Source of the DNA: Botryllus schlosseri | Taxonomy: Eukaryota | DNA length: 64,000 nucleotides | Assembly (NCBI GenBank): GCA_051294905.1 | Contig: CM119384.1 | Coordinates: forward strand, 10,974,001-11,038,000 | Reading direction: 5' to 3' | In this document: piece by piece, positions 47,086 through 58,412 of the stretch | Position numbering within the stretch: the first letter of the stretch is position 1 | How the letters are laid out: each line of letters opens with the position of its first letter | The notes under the pieces: model-generated | Told to the model about the DNA's origin: nothing | Database searches by the model: none | The model's input: the letters and a program-made list of their open reading frames with translations, nothing else | Translations under genes and position numbers: made by a program

Positions 47086-50000
47086 TTAGAAAAACTTCTT
47101 GGCTGCGTCTTCTCGCGACATTCTGCAAGCATTGAAAAGAGGTTACACTATAGGAATATCAGCATTGGATAGTTTTACTCACCTCATAGATTGGTAGGCA
47201 ATGATAATGACAAGTTGAACAACGGCGATGGCAACAAATATTCCGACAGACACACAGCTAGGCATTTCGGGTTCCGGGCACATAGGCTTGGGTGTGTTGG
47301 CCTGCAAAGTAGTGAAGACTTTTGAAAATGGCCCTAAAAAGCATATGCCTGCATGCTCTCTTACAGCATGCCGGTTATTGCATAAGACAATTATGTCCGT
47401 GGTTAATGTTCAGTTCATCAATATCACCAACACCAGGTGTTGATATACTGCAAAGTGTAGATGAAAATTCGAATATGCAATGCCAAAAGGATTTTAGGAA
47501 TTTGTCTGGTAGGATGGTCTATTCACTATCAAATTTATGCTAACTTGGATCCTGCGATTTCATTATTTAACATAGAGTAATATCATATCAAATTGCACTC
47601 ATATACAATTTTGACATTTTCTGTAATTTTTACCATGAACAATACTTTAACATTAGAAATGTAGTTTTTCGGTGTGTGAGGCTTGGGTCAGATATGGGTT
47701 GTGCTATAAAAAGTTTTACAACAACTTGGTACCTTACAGCATACCACATAGGTTTTGAATTCCTTTAGACAAACTTTCAAGAAAACTAGGAAATGTTGAT
47801 TCGAGAAAGGTTGAACATATCGGTTACCAGTGACCGCATTCCAATGGTGTAGCATATCGACTCGCAAACAAAATCATGATTTTACAGTTTGAAAACTTCT
47901 GTTACACTTCACGTTTATAATATGGTGTGTGCGTCAAATCATTTGGGGAGGCATGAAAAATTAGCTTGCACACCACAAGTGGTTGCCGACCTCTACACAT
48001 GCACTTATTCGGCTTCTTTGTCAGTCAAGCATTTTTGACTTCGGAGTGACGTATCAGATCACAACACCCATGAATAACGAGACCGCAATGTCAGTACAAA
48101 ACCACCAAACCGACCTGTTTCCTGATGATGGTTCCCACATCCTCTCCGATTTTGCTGAGATCGCTTTGCACAGTTTGCCGAAACTGAATGGCTTCGTAAG
48201 TATCGCCGGCCGGCCTTGGGGCTCCGCCACCCGTTTCCGCTCGTTGCGTCTGCTGACTTATCTGGTTCAGCATTTGCTTCATCAAGTTGAGTTCATGTCT
48301 GAGGAAACAACAACACATAAACGAGCGATTCGTGCATTTGAACACAAGATACAACAAGATACAAAGTCCGCAGTCTACACACATTACACATGTGTCGCAT
48401 CAGAGTAACTTTGCAAAAATTGAAGGTTACTTATTGTAATACACAAAACCTTGAGTATTGTACGCTAACGATTCTATATAACATACAGGAACGGAAAGTT
48501 ATTGACGAGTTACTGTCATAATCTCGCACGAAGATGGCAGATTCATTCATTCACTCAGCAATTTAACACCAACGTAAATTCAGCAGCTTGCAACAGTGGT
48601 CAAATTTGCCGGAATGTAAAAATGGATTATATTGACCTCAATCCTTTAACCGTATCATAAGCTTCTCTTTGCAGGTTCATGACGTTATCTATGTGATACG
48701 TTTTTGCGTTATTGTCAGCACCGGCGGCAGGCGCAGCTTGACCTTCCAGAGCATCCACGGGTTGCGACTGTATAACATCCAGCTTCGACGACATGCCCCT
48801 CTGGTGATCCAGTAACTCTTGAAGCATACTGGATACTGATCTGCAATTGGCATTAGAATAGTAGGATGTACATGCACATACACATGTTGACTCAGCATCG
48901 AATACCGCAATTCCTCTTTCAAGTTGGACTGGATTTCAAAAATTGATATCAACTCCTTCGATGCAGTTCCTTCGTACTGTAATGAGGCATTGAAATTTCA
49001 GGTGAGACCTCTGGCAGAACTGGCAGTATTGAGATGGAAGTGCCCACAATTGGCCAATTCCACAAGTTTCAATCAAATTACGTTATTGATGTGGCCATGT
49101 AATATCATGTCAGCTAAAAAAAAATTGTCTGGTATGTAAAAAAAGGCAACCCATTCATTTCCTTCAACTTTGGTCCAGTCATTAACAAAACTCACTGCTG
49201 TACACAATTTACTATTGCTACACTGGTTCATTCGACCTCAGACCCCCCAGTATTTCCCAGATTATACTGATGGCGCAAAATTGATTTTAAACTCTGCAAG
49301 TCATTTTAATGTAACGGCAATAGCGACAGCTGACGACCGATTGCATTTCCGCAAACGACAAGACCAAGAAGTATAGCATACCAATTCTTCAGACTGCAAC
49401 TTTTCCTCTTGTGAATCGGGATGCTCCTTCTCGTATTCCTCCTGCATCTTATTGAACTCCTCCATATTCTTTTCATATTCTTCTCCCCCTTTTAGTTCAT
49501 CCGAATCTGGAACCTACAGAAGTTGATTTCCATCACCGTGCCCATTTGTTCCGCAACAAATAAGGAATTGCTTACCTCTGGTCGTGTTTCGATCAAACTC
49601 GAGGTCAAAAATTTAATGACATCATGATCATCTGAACATCAACAATAGCTTTGTTTTGGTTAGGAACTGTTCCCAATAAATGGAGCAAAATAGTCTGCAC
49701 AGTGTTCAAGGGCTGCATTGTGATGGTTTGTAAACACTCAGTAAATATGGCAATGTTGAGAGTAGGGCTTGGCAAAACGAGTATCTGGGTGATTCGATTC
49801 GAGTACCACATATCATTACACCGTTGCCGTAAAAATGACTTTTTAAATTTCAAATACGTATTTTTTTGTGGCCACAAGGAAAATGTTGCCAGTCACACGT
49901 CATCAGGGTTGTAATGATTCGAGTCATTTTTTAAAATACGTAAAATGACTAGACTCCAGTCAATTTGTGAATTGACTCGACTTGTACTGGAGTCATTGTC

Positions 50001-52350
50001 TATGACTCGAACCATGTCTATGACTCGAACCAAGTCATATGACTCGAGACTAGGGCGGCCAAGACAGACATTTGGTTGGTACTTCGAAGAATAGTTAAGT
50101 CATCACATTATTGGTATTTTGTCTATCAGTCCTGAATATTGGAAAATAGGGCCTGAAACTGTTGGACTGAGGAAAATTACGATATTATGAATACCACCAC
50201 TCCATCTCGAGCAGAGTTGAAAAAAGTGGGTTCAACCGGATTGAACTCAAAACTGAACAATGAACACAATGACTTGGACTTCAGTCACAACACCATGACG
50301 CGGACTCAGCCCTCTACTCAGTGACTTGGACTCGGACTTGACTCGACGGTGAATTGAAAATGACTCTGCTAGACTCAAGTCAAAACTATAAAAATGATAT
50401 TGACTTGTGATTTGGACACAACACAACCCTGCACGTCATGCAAAATAGTTCTCTACTTTGGGACCAAGACTATTTTGCAGCGCTTTGTGACCATGGAGAG
50501 GCTCGATCACTATGTGACAGAAACGTTCGTAGCCTTTTTGAACTTATGTTTTTCGTTGCTAAAGTAGTTAGTGTGAATGCATATATTTTCGTTACCTATT
50601 ACGAAAAAAAATCGACTCCCACGTCTAGAATCATTACAGTTGATACACGAATCAGTATTCTAATCGTTGTAGCAACCCTAGTTCTGATATCATCTGAAAA
50701 CCTCAGAATTATATTTCACTGGAACTACATTACCTGCTAATCCTCCTGTAGCAGCAGAAACTCCGAAATAGTAGTAGGTGGGAAGGTTTACATTCTCTAC
50801 TACGGTACACGTTTGGAAGAAAGAATCGTCCGCAAAATTTCCAGAAGTGTAGCTCACCTGAACTCCAAAATGTTCACAATGTCATCAAAAACGAATAGGT
50901 TTACGGGCGGGTTGACTTACAGTCAGAGTAGTGCCTTCGTACCGAATTTTCACTTTCACAGGATATGGCTTGTTGCGGAAATCAAACCTGCAGCTTCCAG
51001 AATGTTGATTCAAACCATCGCTAAGCAAAACATATTGATAAAGCTTTTGTGGCCAGCGTCAACGAATGTCGTCATACCTATCGTGCTGGTATTGCTGGGT
51101 GCCATCGTTGGTGACTACGAGGATAGATGGGTTGTCCAATTTGTTATCATTATCGAACGAGTCTAGGAAAACTCCAAGGCCTTCCCATTGGTCCTTTGCA
51201 CCATACACTGTACCCAGTTCCCCATTGTGAGAAGTATACCACAGAGCCTGAAAATTGACTTAAAATATATCAACGGTTACTGTTACTGATATGGGATCTG
51301 ATCCACTGTAAATGGGAGCGCTTTGAATTTTGAACATCGAATTCGCAGATGGAGATATACACCATGTCCCATGTCAAGCTGGTTAAGAATTACAACACCA
51401 GCGTTAATATCCCAATAAACATGAAAATAACTTACAAGTCCATCCGCACCAAGTCTTCCGCGCCCTTCTATCCGTATGTGGGCTTCAACTTCCCACTCTT
51501 TAGATTCGAAGGGCGTTGTCGACCAAGCAAGACCTTTCTTATCTCTTATGGATGGAACAATCCTAATTTTATCATCGCCAGCGACAGAGTCTGAAGGAAA
51601 CAAAGCAAGTATTAATAGTAAGTGGTGCAAGCCTATTGCAGGGATGCCAAATTCTGACCTGGTCAAAATAGCCAAGGACAATAAGCAGAATCATGCCATC
51701 ACAAATTCAAATTGTTTGGTCAAATTATAGCTAAATACAAACTAGGAAGGAATACTTCCGAAAGCCGATTTTAGAATCGTGTATTCTTTACTTCACAGGA
51801 AGTTGATCGGACTGAGTTTTGAAAAATGTCTCCCTCTCACAGAGTGTGACGTGATTTGAAGTTTTCTGAAGCTCTGCAAGGTAGGCTACTATCTATGGAC
51901 CGAATACTCACCTAAATAACAGAAGCAAGCAAAAAAGGCCACACTGATATTGCAGTGACCTCATTCCTGGCGAGAACATAACAAATCAGGATATAAAATG
52001 CCTATAGACTACCAACCAAAGCCATCCAACCCATGATAACTTAGATTGCCATTTGGACTAATTGGCAATGCACTTTCTAAAAGCTATGCCACTCTACACT
52101 GAGATTATGGCAACATTGTGGCAGAGAATTGACAAACCTACAAAGATTACCAACCTCCATGCAGAGCCCAAAAGGGGACAGTCATGTCAGCTTGAACAAG
52201 GTGCGGTCCTTTAAAACTGTGTTTATATTCATACTTTTTATGTCGTATCGATTCTTGTGCAGACGTTTCTTGACACAAAAGTAACGAAAAGGTGTATAGG
52301 CAAATATAGATTGTACAAATGCTTCTCGTTGAAGACAACTTTTCCGCCAT
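47086..52350 (-). CDS. LMAN1: Lectin mannose-binding 1 (ERGIC-53), L-type lectin cargo receptor, 12 exons, ~515 aa
   Basis: Exons: 52155-52350 (signal peptide, KYEYKHSFKGPHL), 51436-51590 (GRGRLGADGL), 51078-51247 (GLGVFLDSFDND, YQHD), 50921-51020 (DFRNKPYP), 50734-50857 (FGVSAATGGLA), 49576-49631 (DDHDV), 49382-49513, 48906-48976, 48637-48840, 48115-48298 (coiled-coil stalk), 47183-47301 (two stalk Cys + TM), 47086-47122 (EDAAKKFF-stop). Total 1548 nt, in frame. Confidence 0.95.
49904..50431. mobile_element. GACTCGAGTC-rich hAT-like MITE, copy 2, in an LMAN1 intron
   Basis: Ends CAGGGTTGTAA / ACAACCCTG. Perfect 8-bp TSD CACGTCAT (49896-49903, 50432-50439). Collinear with 25679-26222. Confidence 0.9.
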
Positions 52351-54721
52351 GATTGCGATTCTCCGGTGCTTCAGGAAAGATGCGTATCTGAAAAATTGAA
52401 TCATGTTAACTGTGGTACTGGTCATCACTAGTGCTGTTTGAGGGGGTTCTGCCCCAATAAGAATATAATTTTTATCATCATAATCAGTGCAACAGCAACT
52501 GTGCCAACTAGCAATTAATTGATACCAGTTTCATCAACTATTCGGCCCAGTTGACGGCTCTATAGGAAAATCGGACATGTCTAGCTCATAATTTTTCCGC
52601 TGTGGAATGTATGCAGCTCATGTCCCGTTTTCAAATTTTGAGATCAATTTTTCAAATTCCACATTCATGTTGGTCACTTATAGTTTAAAAATTAACCATG
52701 ACAAAGATATGGCCGAATGAAAATGAAAACTTTGCAAAAATATCATTTTCTCAAAATGTGTAAAATAGACATAAGCTATTCTGATTCTACATAGTGACCG
52801 AGTGACGAATGGAGAGTATATGTCCGTAAACGGAACTAATCATTAACAAAACCTGTACAAGTGAAGCAAATGTTATAAGTTATACAACAAGCATGGTACA
52901 GAGTGCAGACTGGAGGCTCGATATAATAACAGTCTATTTAAATCAAACTCTCAGCAGTAGGCCTATATATGGCACATGGGAGTAAGAGATTTCAGAATAA
53001 TTGAATAACTAAATAACAATACTAAACTGAAACACTCTTTATAATACCGTAGTTAATGCACAGGGGAATAGGTCTACTTCATCAGACTGTTAAGCGAATA
53101 GCATAGACGCGATTTATTGATATTTTTATTCAAAAACACCAAATGATTGCTATATAATGAAAAGATAGAAGGATGTTGAAACAACTTGACAGATGCACAA
53201 TTGCACATGTATCATGGAGTCGGTGTCCTGTGCTCACACAATTCATTTTTTCATTATTTTTTGATAAATTTCTTCAACTTGGAGAATCATCGTTGCTCAC
53301 ATGTTATATCAGGCAAAACGTACCGAGATTCCAGTAGGGGGCATGCGCTCGCCCGTTCATGAAGATGTGGATAATCTGCACAGCCTGATTGGAATTGCTG
53401 GCTTTTTTGCCTGATATATCAGGTGAGCGCTGAGCAGCGATGATTTTCCAAGTTAAAGTTATTCAATAAAAAATAATTATTATTGAAACAGTGTGAGCAC
53501 ATGGCACCGATTCCATGCAGGTGCACAGCATTGTTTTGTAGAGATATCGGAATAGCGTTACGGCGTTATCTTATAGTAGATGAAAGCCACACCTGTCAGT
53601 ATCTGGAAATGCTACCTGATACTATATCAAATGATCCTGTAATTCTATGCAATCGGTGCCAGCGTTATTACTATACGCAACTGCAGTCATTGCAATACCA
53701 TATTTTGCAGAAAAGTACTTACCGCGCCGACGCCGGCTATGTTGATGTTGATTGCACACGAAAGTCACACGTCGCGTTTAAGCAGCGATTACGCAATCAA
53801 TGCCGAAGGCTGTTCCAGCTGAGTAGGTCAAATTTGCATATCATAAATCAGCCCTGCGACGGCACAAATGAAGCGTGCAGTGTATATCCAGCGTGTACTC
53901 GCTGGTATATCACAACTTTCACTCCACAGACGTAATTTAGTTTAACGATCCTTATCTATAACAACTCCATATCTAATCGTGGTTACACCAATACGCCTAT
54001 ACAAATCAAGTACCACCATTATTGCTGTATGTTTGTTATATAGGCTATTTCTGTTGGATGAAAAATTAAGACGCTCTCTCGCTAACAAATGACATATATA
54101 TAATTGCTCTAACAGAGGGACGCGGACAGAGAGTTACCCCGGCGTGGTGGCTAACAATCAGCATGTTTACCGTCATTCACGACTGAATATAATTATACGA
54201 GTAGTCGCTCTATTTGTCCTTTCCAATCCTGTTTTTTAGTTAGCATCCAGATACCCGAAGTAGTAGGCCATCCTGTATCAATGACTGTTGATCCTACCCA
54301 TTGTAGCAGACCGCTGGTGCTTTTAATGCAATGTCCCTAGTTAACGCCAGGTATCTGTTATGAGGGAACTATACTGTGCTCGTAGTCCTATGATTTGACC
54401 ACATCAAGACAACCATTAGAACTCTACTATCTCTTCTACTGTTACGCAATCTTCGTAACCATATTCCTATCTTTTTCATATGGATAGAACACTACGAACC
54501 AGTTCTTATTGGCTCAAGCTTTACAATTACATAGCCTACTTTGTTGCGCAGTTTCGGGTATAAAAAACCCACATTTTCTCTCTCACCGCCCTGGGGACTT
54601 GAGATTCATCTACGAAATTGACGTACTTATCTTTCTGCAATACATCCATACCGAGTGAACCTGTGAGTTAATAAGTCGCCAACCTAAAGACAGCGAGGTC
54701 GCCAGTTCAGCTACCTATTAC

Positions 54722-55688
54722 CAGTGTTGGGATCAAGTCACTACCTTCGAGTCACGAGTCATCTCGAGTCATTGCAGATTTTGACTCGAGTCAAGTCAAG
54801 TCAATCGATTTTCAAAGGTGACTCGTGTCAAGTCAAGTCACTCGTTTTTTGGAGATGACTCGAGTCAAGTCGAGTCAAGTCAAGTCAAGTCACGAGTCAA
54901 GTCACAATTCAAGTCAAATTGACTTTTCGAAGTATGAGTGATGATTCAAAGTCATTACATTTTGCTAGCTGTGTGAAAGACAGAAATCATTTATCTTAAT
55001 CAAATAACGAATATCTAGATTAATATAAATGCAAAACGACGGTGTATCCCTCACGCGCACGTAGAACTGGTACGTGAGTAACTGTACACTGTACACTGTA
55101 CAGCTACCTACTATACAGTCAGTTCTTATCAGCCAAAATATAGGACCTAATAAGAAGCTTCGAGAAGTTACAACAAATTGATATGGTTCAATAGCCTACA
55201 CTACCCATCTACACGTCCGTGAGAATATAAACGCACGCAATATATTCGTTCGATTTAAATCATACAAGAGGATTGGTAAATGTGAGCACTGGGCAACATA
55301 AGCATTGAGTCGTCTAAGAAACAGAGACACATTGCTATTTACATCGATTTTCTACTTTTGCGGTCAATTTATTTGTGATCTAACAATAGAGGAACCTTGT
55401 AAAGTACAATCACTGAAAGACTGGTTGTTCTTACAAGTGACGCCGGCGTATCTCGGACAATCCGAACATACAAAGCATGCAGTGATTTATTCGACACCGC
55501 TTACTTAATGACTTGAAATTGACTCGTAAATTTTGCTCCGAGTCACGAGTCAATGCACATTTTCGAAGCTCCGAGTCAAGTCAAGTCAAGTCATTTTTCC
55601 AAAGTTACTCGAGTCAAGTCAAGTTATACGAAAAAGTTGACTCGAGTCTGACTCGAATCAAGTCATGACTCGAGTCATCCCGACACTG
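54722..55688. mobile_element. GACTCGAGTC/AAGTC-rich non-autonomous element, 967 bp, CAGTGTTGGGAT TIR
   Basis: TIRs CAGTGTTGGGAT / ATCCCGACACTG. Dense (AAGTC)n and GACTCGAGTC subterminal arrays at both ends. No clean TSD. Confidence 0.8.
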
Positions 55689-55756
55689 CATTACTCCAGA
55701 CACGACACAGCCGTTAGTTACACCATTTGCCCTGTTATATTCTATTGACATCAAGA

Positions 55757-56245
55757 TAGGGTTGTAACCAAGTCACAAGTCAATTTCATTTTTATAGCTT
55801 TGACTCGAGTCATTTTCGATTCACCACGAAGTCAAGTCCAAGTCAGTGAGTAGAGGGTCGAGTCCGAGTCATAGTGTTGTGACTCGAGTCCGAGTCATTG
55901 TGTTCACTGTTCAGTTCAATCCGGCTCAACCCGCTTTTTCAAATCTCCTCCAGTGAAATAGAATGGCTCGCATTCATAATATCGTAATTTTCCTCAGTCC
56001 GATCAGCTTTCGATCCTATTTTTCAAGTATCGGGACTAATTGACGAAATACCAATAATATGATGACTTTACTATTCTTTTAAGTTACAATGAAAGTTTCA
56101 AGTCATATGACTTGGTTCGAGTCATGCACAATGACTCGAGTCAATAAAAAACTTGAGTCGAGTCATTTTACGCATGTGAAAAAATGACTCGAATCAAGTC
56201 GAGTCATTAAAAAATCTTGACTCGAGTCGAGTCATTGTAACCCTG
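55757..56245. mobile_element. GACTCGAGTC-rich MITE, copy 3 (opposite orientation to copies 1 and 2)
   Basis: Ends TAGGGTTGTAAC / TTGTAACCCTG. The interior is the reverse complement of 25679-26222 (e.g. AATATCGTAATTTTCCTCAGTC). No TSD recognised. Confidence 0.85.
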
Positions 56246-58412
56246 CAACTTTACAACCCCCTATAACTTGTGACAATGTCAGACAAATGCGTCGATGCAC
56301 GTCATGACCAAGGCAAGATCCATACCATTAGTCATATAAAACTTTCACGACTTTCTTTCCCTACATCATGCAATCAAACTGATGCAATTTACTTTTATTC
56401 CTCAACAAACCATCATCCATTCAGTAACACCTGACAATCATGCAAAATAGCTGCGAAAACGAAATTGGCAATGAGATTCAGGAAGAACTAAGAGAGTAAC
56501 GACAAGAAAGCACCTCAGAAGTATGCACTAAAACATATATCATGATCGATCAGTAGAGGCAAGATATAGCTATTCGATGCAAATAGTAGTGCAAATGCGA
56601 ATGCTTCAAGAGTAACACCGAAAACATGGCTGGTAATGCTGCAATAAAAAAGAGGATGGACAGTGATTAATTAGAACTTCTACAATAAAAACATACATAC
56701 ATACATACTAAAATAGAAAGATGCACCATCAATAAGGAAGACAAAACATATCAGGTTGATCAACTTCTTAATAGATTTTGATCTCGCTGTGCATTAATGG
56801 ATTTAAGCAGAGATCAGATATGTGCGGTTGTGTGGACAATATGAATAAGTGATAAAATTTCACAACGTCACAATGAAAACAAGTCATTAATGCAAAAAGA
56901 ATGGTATTAAATTGAGTGAATTAGTTCATCCCCGGTTTAGCCTGGTAGCACAATTGCAGAATTGGGTCCTCTGAATAAGGTCCTATACATACGATGACTG
57001 CGGAGTCATCATAAAAGAAAGTTGCATTGGGCCACTTCACTTCATTTTAACCAAAATTGAGGTCATTCCATAGTATATAAAATATCCAGAACTCATCGTT
57101 CAAAATGATGTTTCATAGTTCTCAAGATTCAAGGTTAAATAGACCTGATCCTTTCAAAAGCGCATTTCAAATTATTCACTATTCCACTGGACAGAGGTGT
57201 TGAGTGCGCAGGTGAACTCAGCATTAAAGACGGACCCAGAAATCTAACGCCACAGCCAGAACTTCACATTGCTGGTGACAATAATTTCTGACTTACATAT
57301 GAATTGAAGTAGATTTATGAAAAATGACAGAAGGCGAGCGTTGTAATAAATTATACAATCACTCGACTGCTGTGGATACTATAAACGGCCACATGAAACA
57401 CAGGAAGCACAATTGATTACAGAAGCATTACAACATAAGCACGCAACGGTAATAATATTTATCGGAGGTGGTCTACAATTGTACTCGGAACTGAGTACAA
57501 CCAAAGCTACCAGCTAGACTAACTCAAGTCTTTTCATTCTCACATTTCTACTTTGCCAGCTCAGTGCTTTGAGTGCTTATCACTCGCAAATTTTATCAAG
57601 AAGAGAAATCGTTTTGATGAAATAATTAGTTACCAATATTGAGCAAGACAGCTGCTTTGTGGAGTCAGCTTGATTTGGAAAAGCAGGGATGATTGATAAC
57701 AAAAAGCATCTCAAATACGCTTCAGCACTTTAGCGTTCGCATACAGTTCCAATTATTTCTATCAGACTGCAAGTTTACACCACCAAAGTATTACCAATGA
57801 GGAGAGGTTGTCAAACTAGTCAGTGTTGATACTCGAGTATAAATAGAACTTATACCAAATATTTCTATTCAATTACAAGAAGTAGTGACGTCCATGACAT
57901 GTAAAAATTACTTCAAGTGGGTGTAGAAAATCCGAGTCCAAAGTATGAGTAGTTTCAAGAGGTAGACTTGATTGAGGGGTGACTCCTTTGGAAATTGCAA
58001 GATGTGTATTTGCGACCAAGGACCAAGGCTAATGGCACTACAAATAGGTACAATTTTCCAATTCATTTTCAAATACCGTGATACGAGGGCCATTTCGCCC
58101 AGTTGAGATAACAATTTCAGTCGTAAAACCTATCCCAAAACTATTTTCTACTTAACAAAAGCCAAAGAGCAGGCAGATTTGTCTAAAAACAAAACCACTC
58201 GAGTATATATTGCAACCAGCCAAAACACACGAGAAAACATCTCCTTCTATTTGGGTAGCAACGACTACTTACTTTGACCACCTCTGCTTACTACCAGCGG
58301 AAATAGTATGCAACACTCGACAGGACTATACTGTCTGTAAAGGCTTAAAAAAGTAAACACACAATAATAAATCGACGTTACTTCCAAAGCCCAGAACGAG
58401 ATCAACACACAA

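Noticed and set aside
51847-51854. UPRE-like TGACGTGA in LMAN1 intron 1
   Set aside because: An 8-mer expected by chance and also present elsewhere (e.g. ~923); no ERSE context seen.
53483-53935. 150-aa plus-strand ORF upstream of LMAN1
   Set aside because: No recognisable domain, a TTG start, and composition typical of a chance ORF.
54770-56240. CRISPR-like array from recurring GACTCGAGTC/AAGTC motifs
   Set aside because: No constant-length repeat-spacer periodicity and a eukaryotic context; these are transposon subterminal repeats.
56930-57110. Minus-strand frame (WPNATFFYDDSAVIVCIGPY) resembling a sushi/CCP domain
   Set aside because: The Cys/Trp pattern is incomplete, in-frame stops flank it, and no clear splice sites were found.
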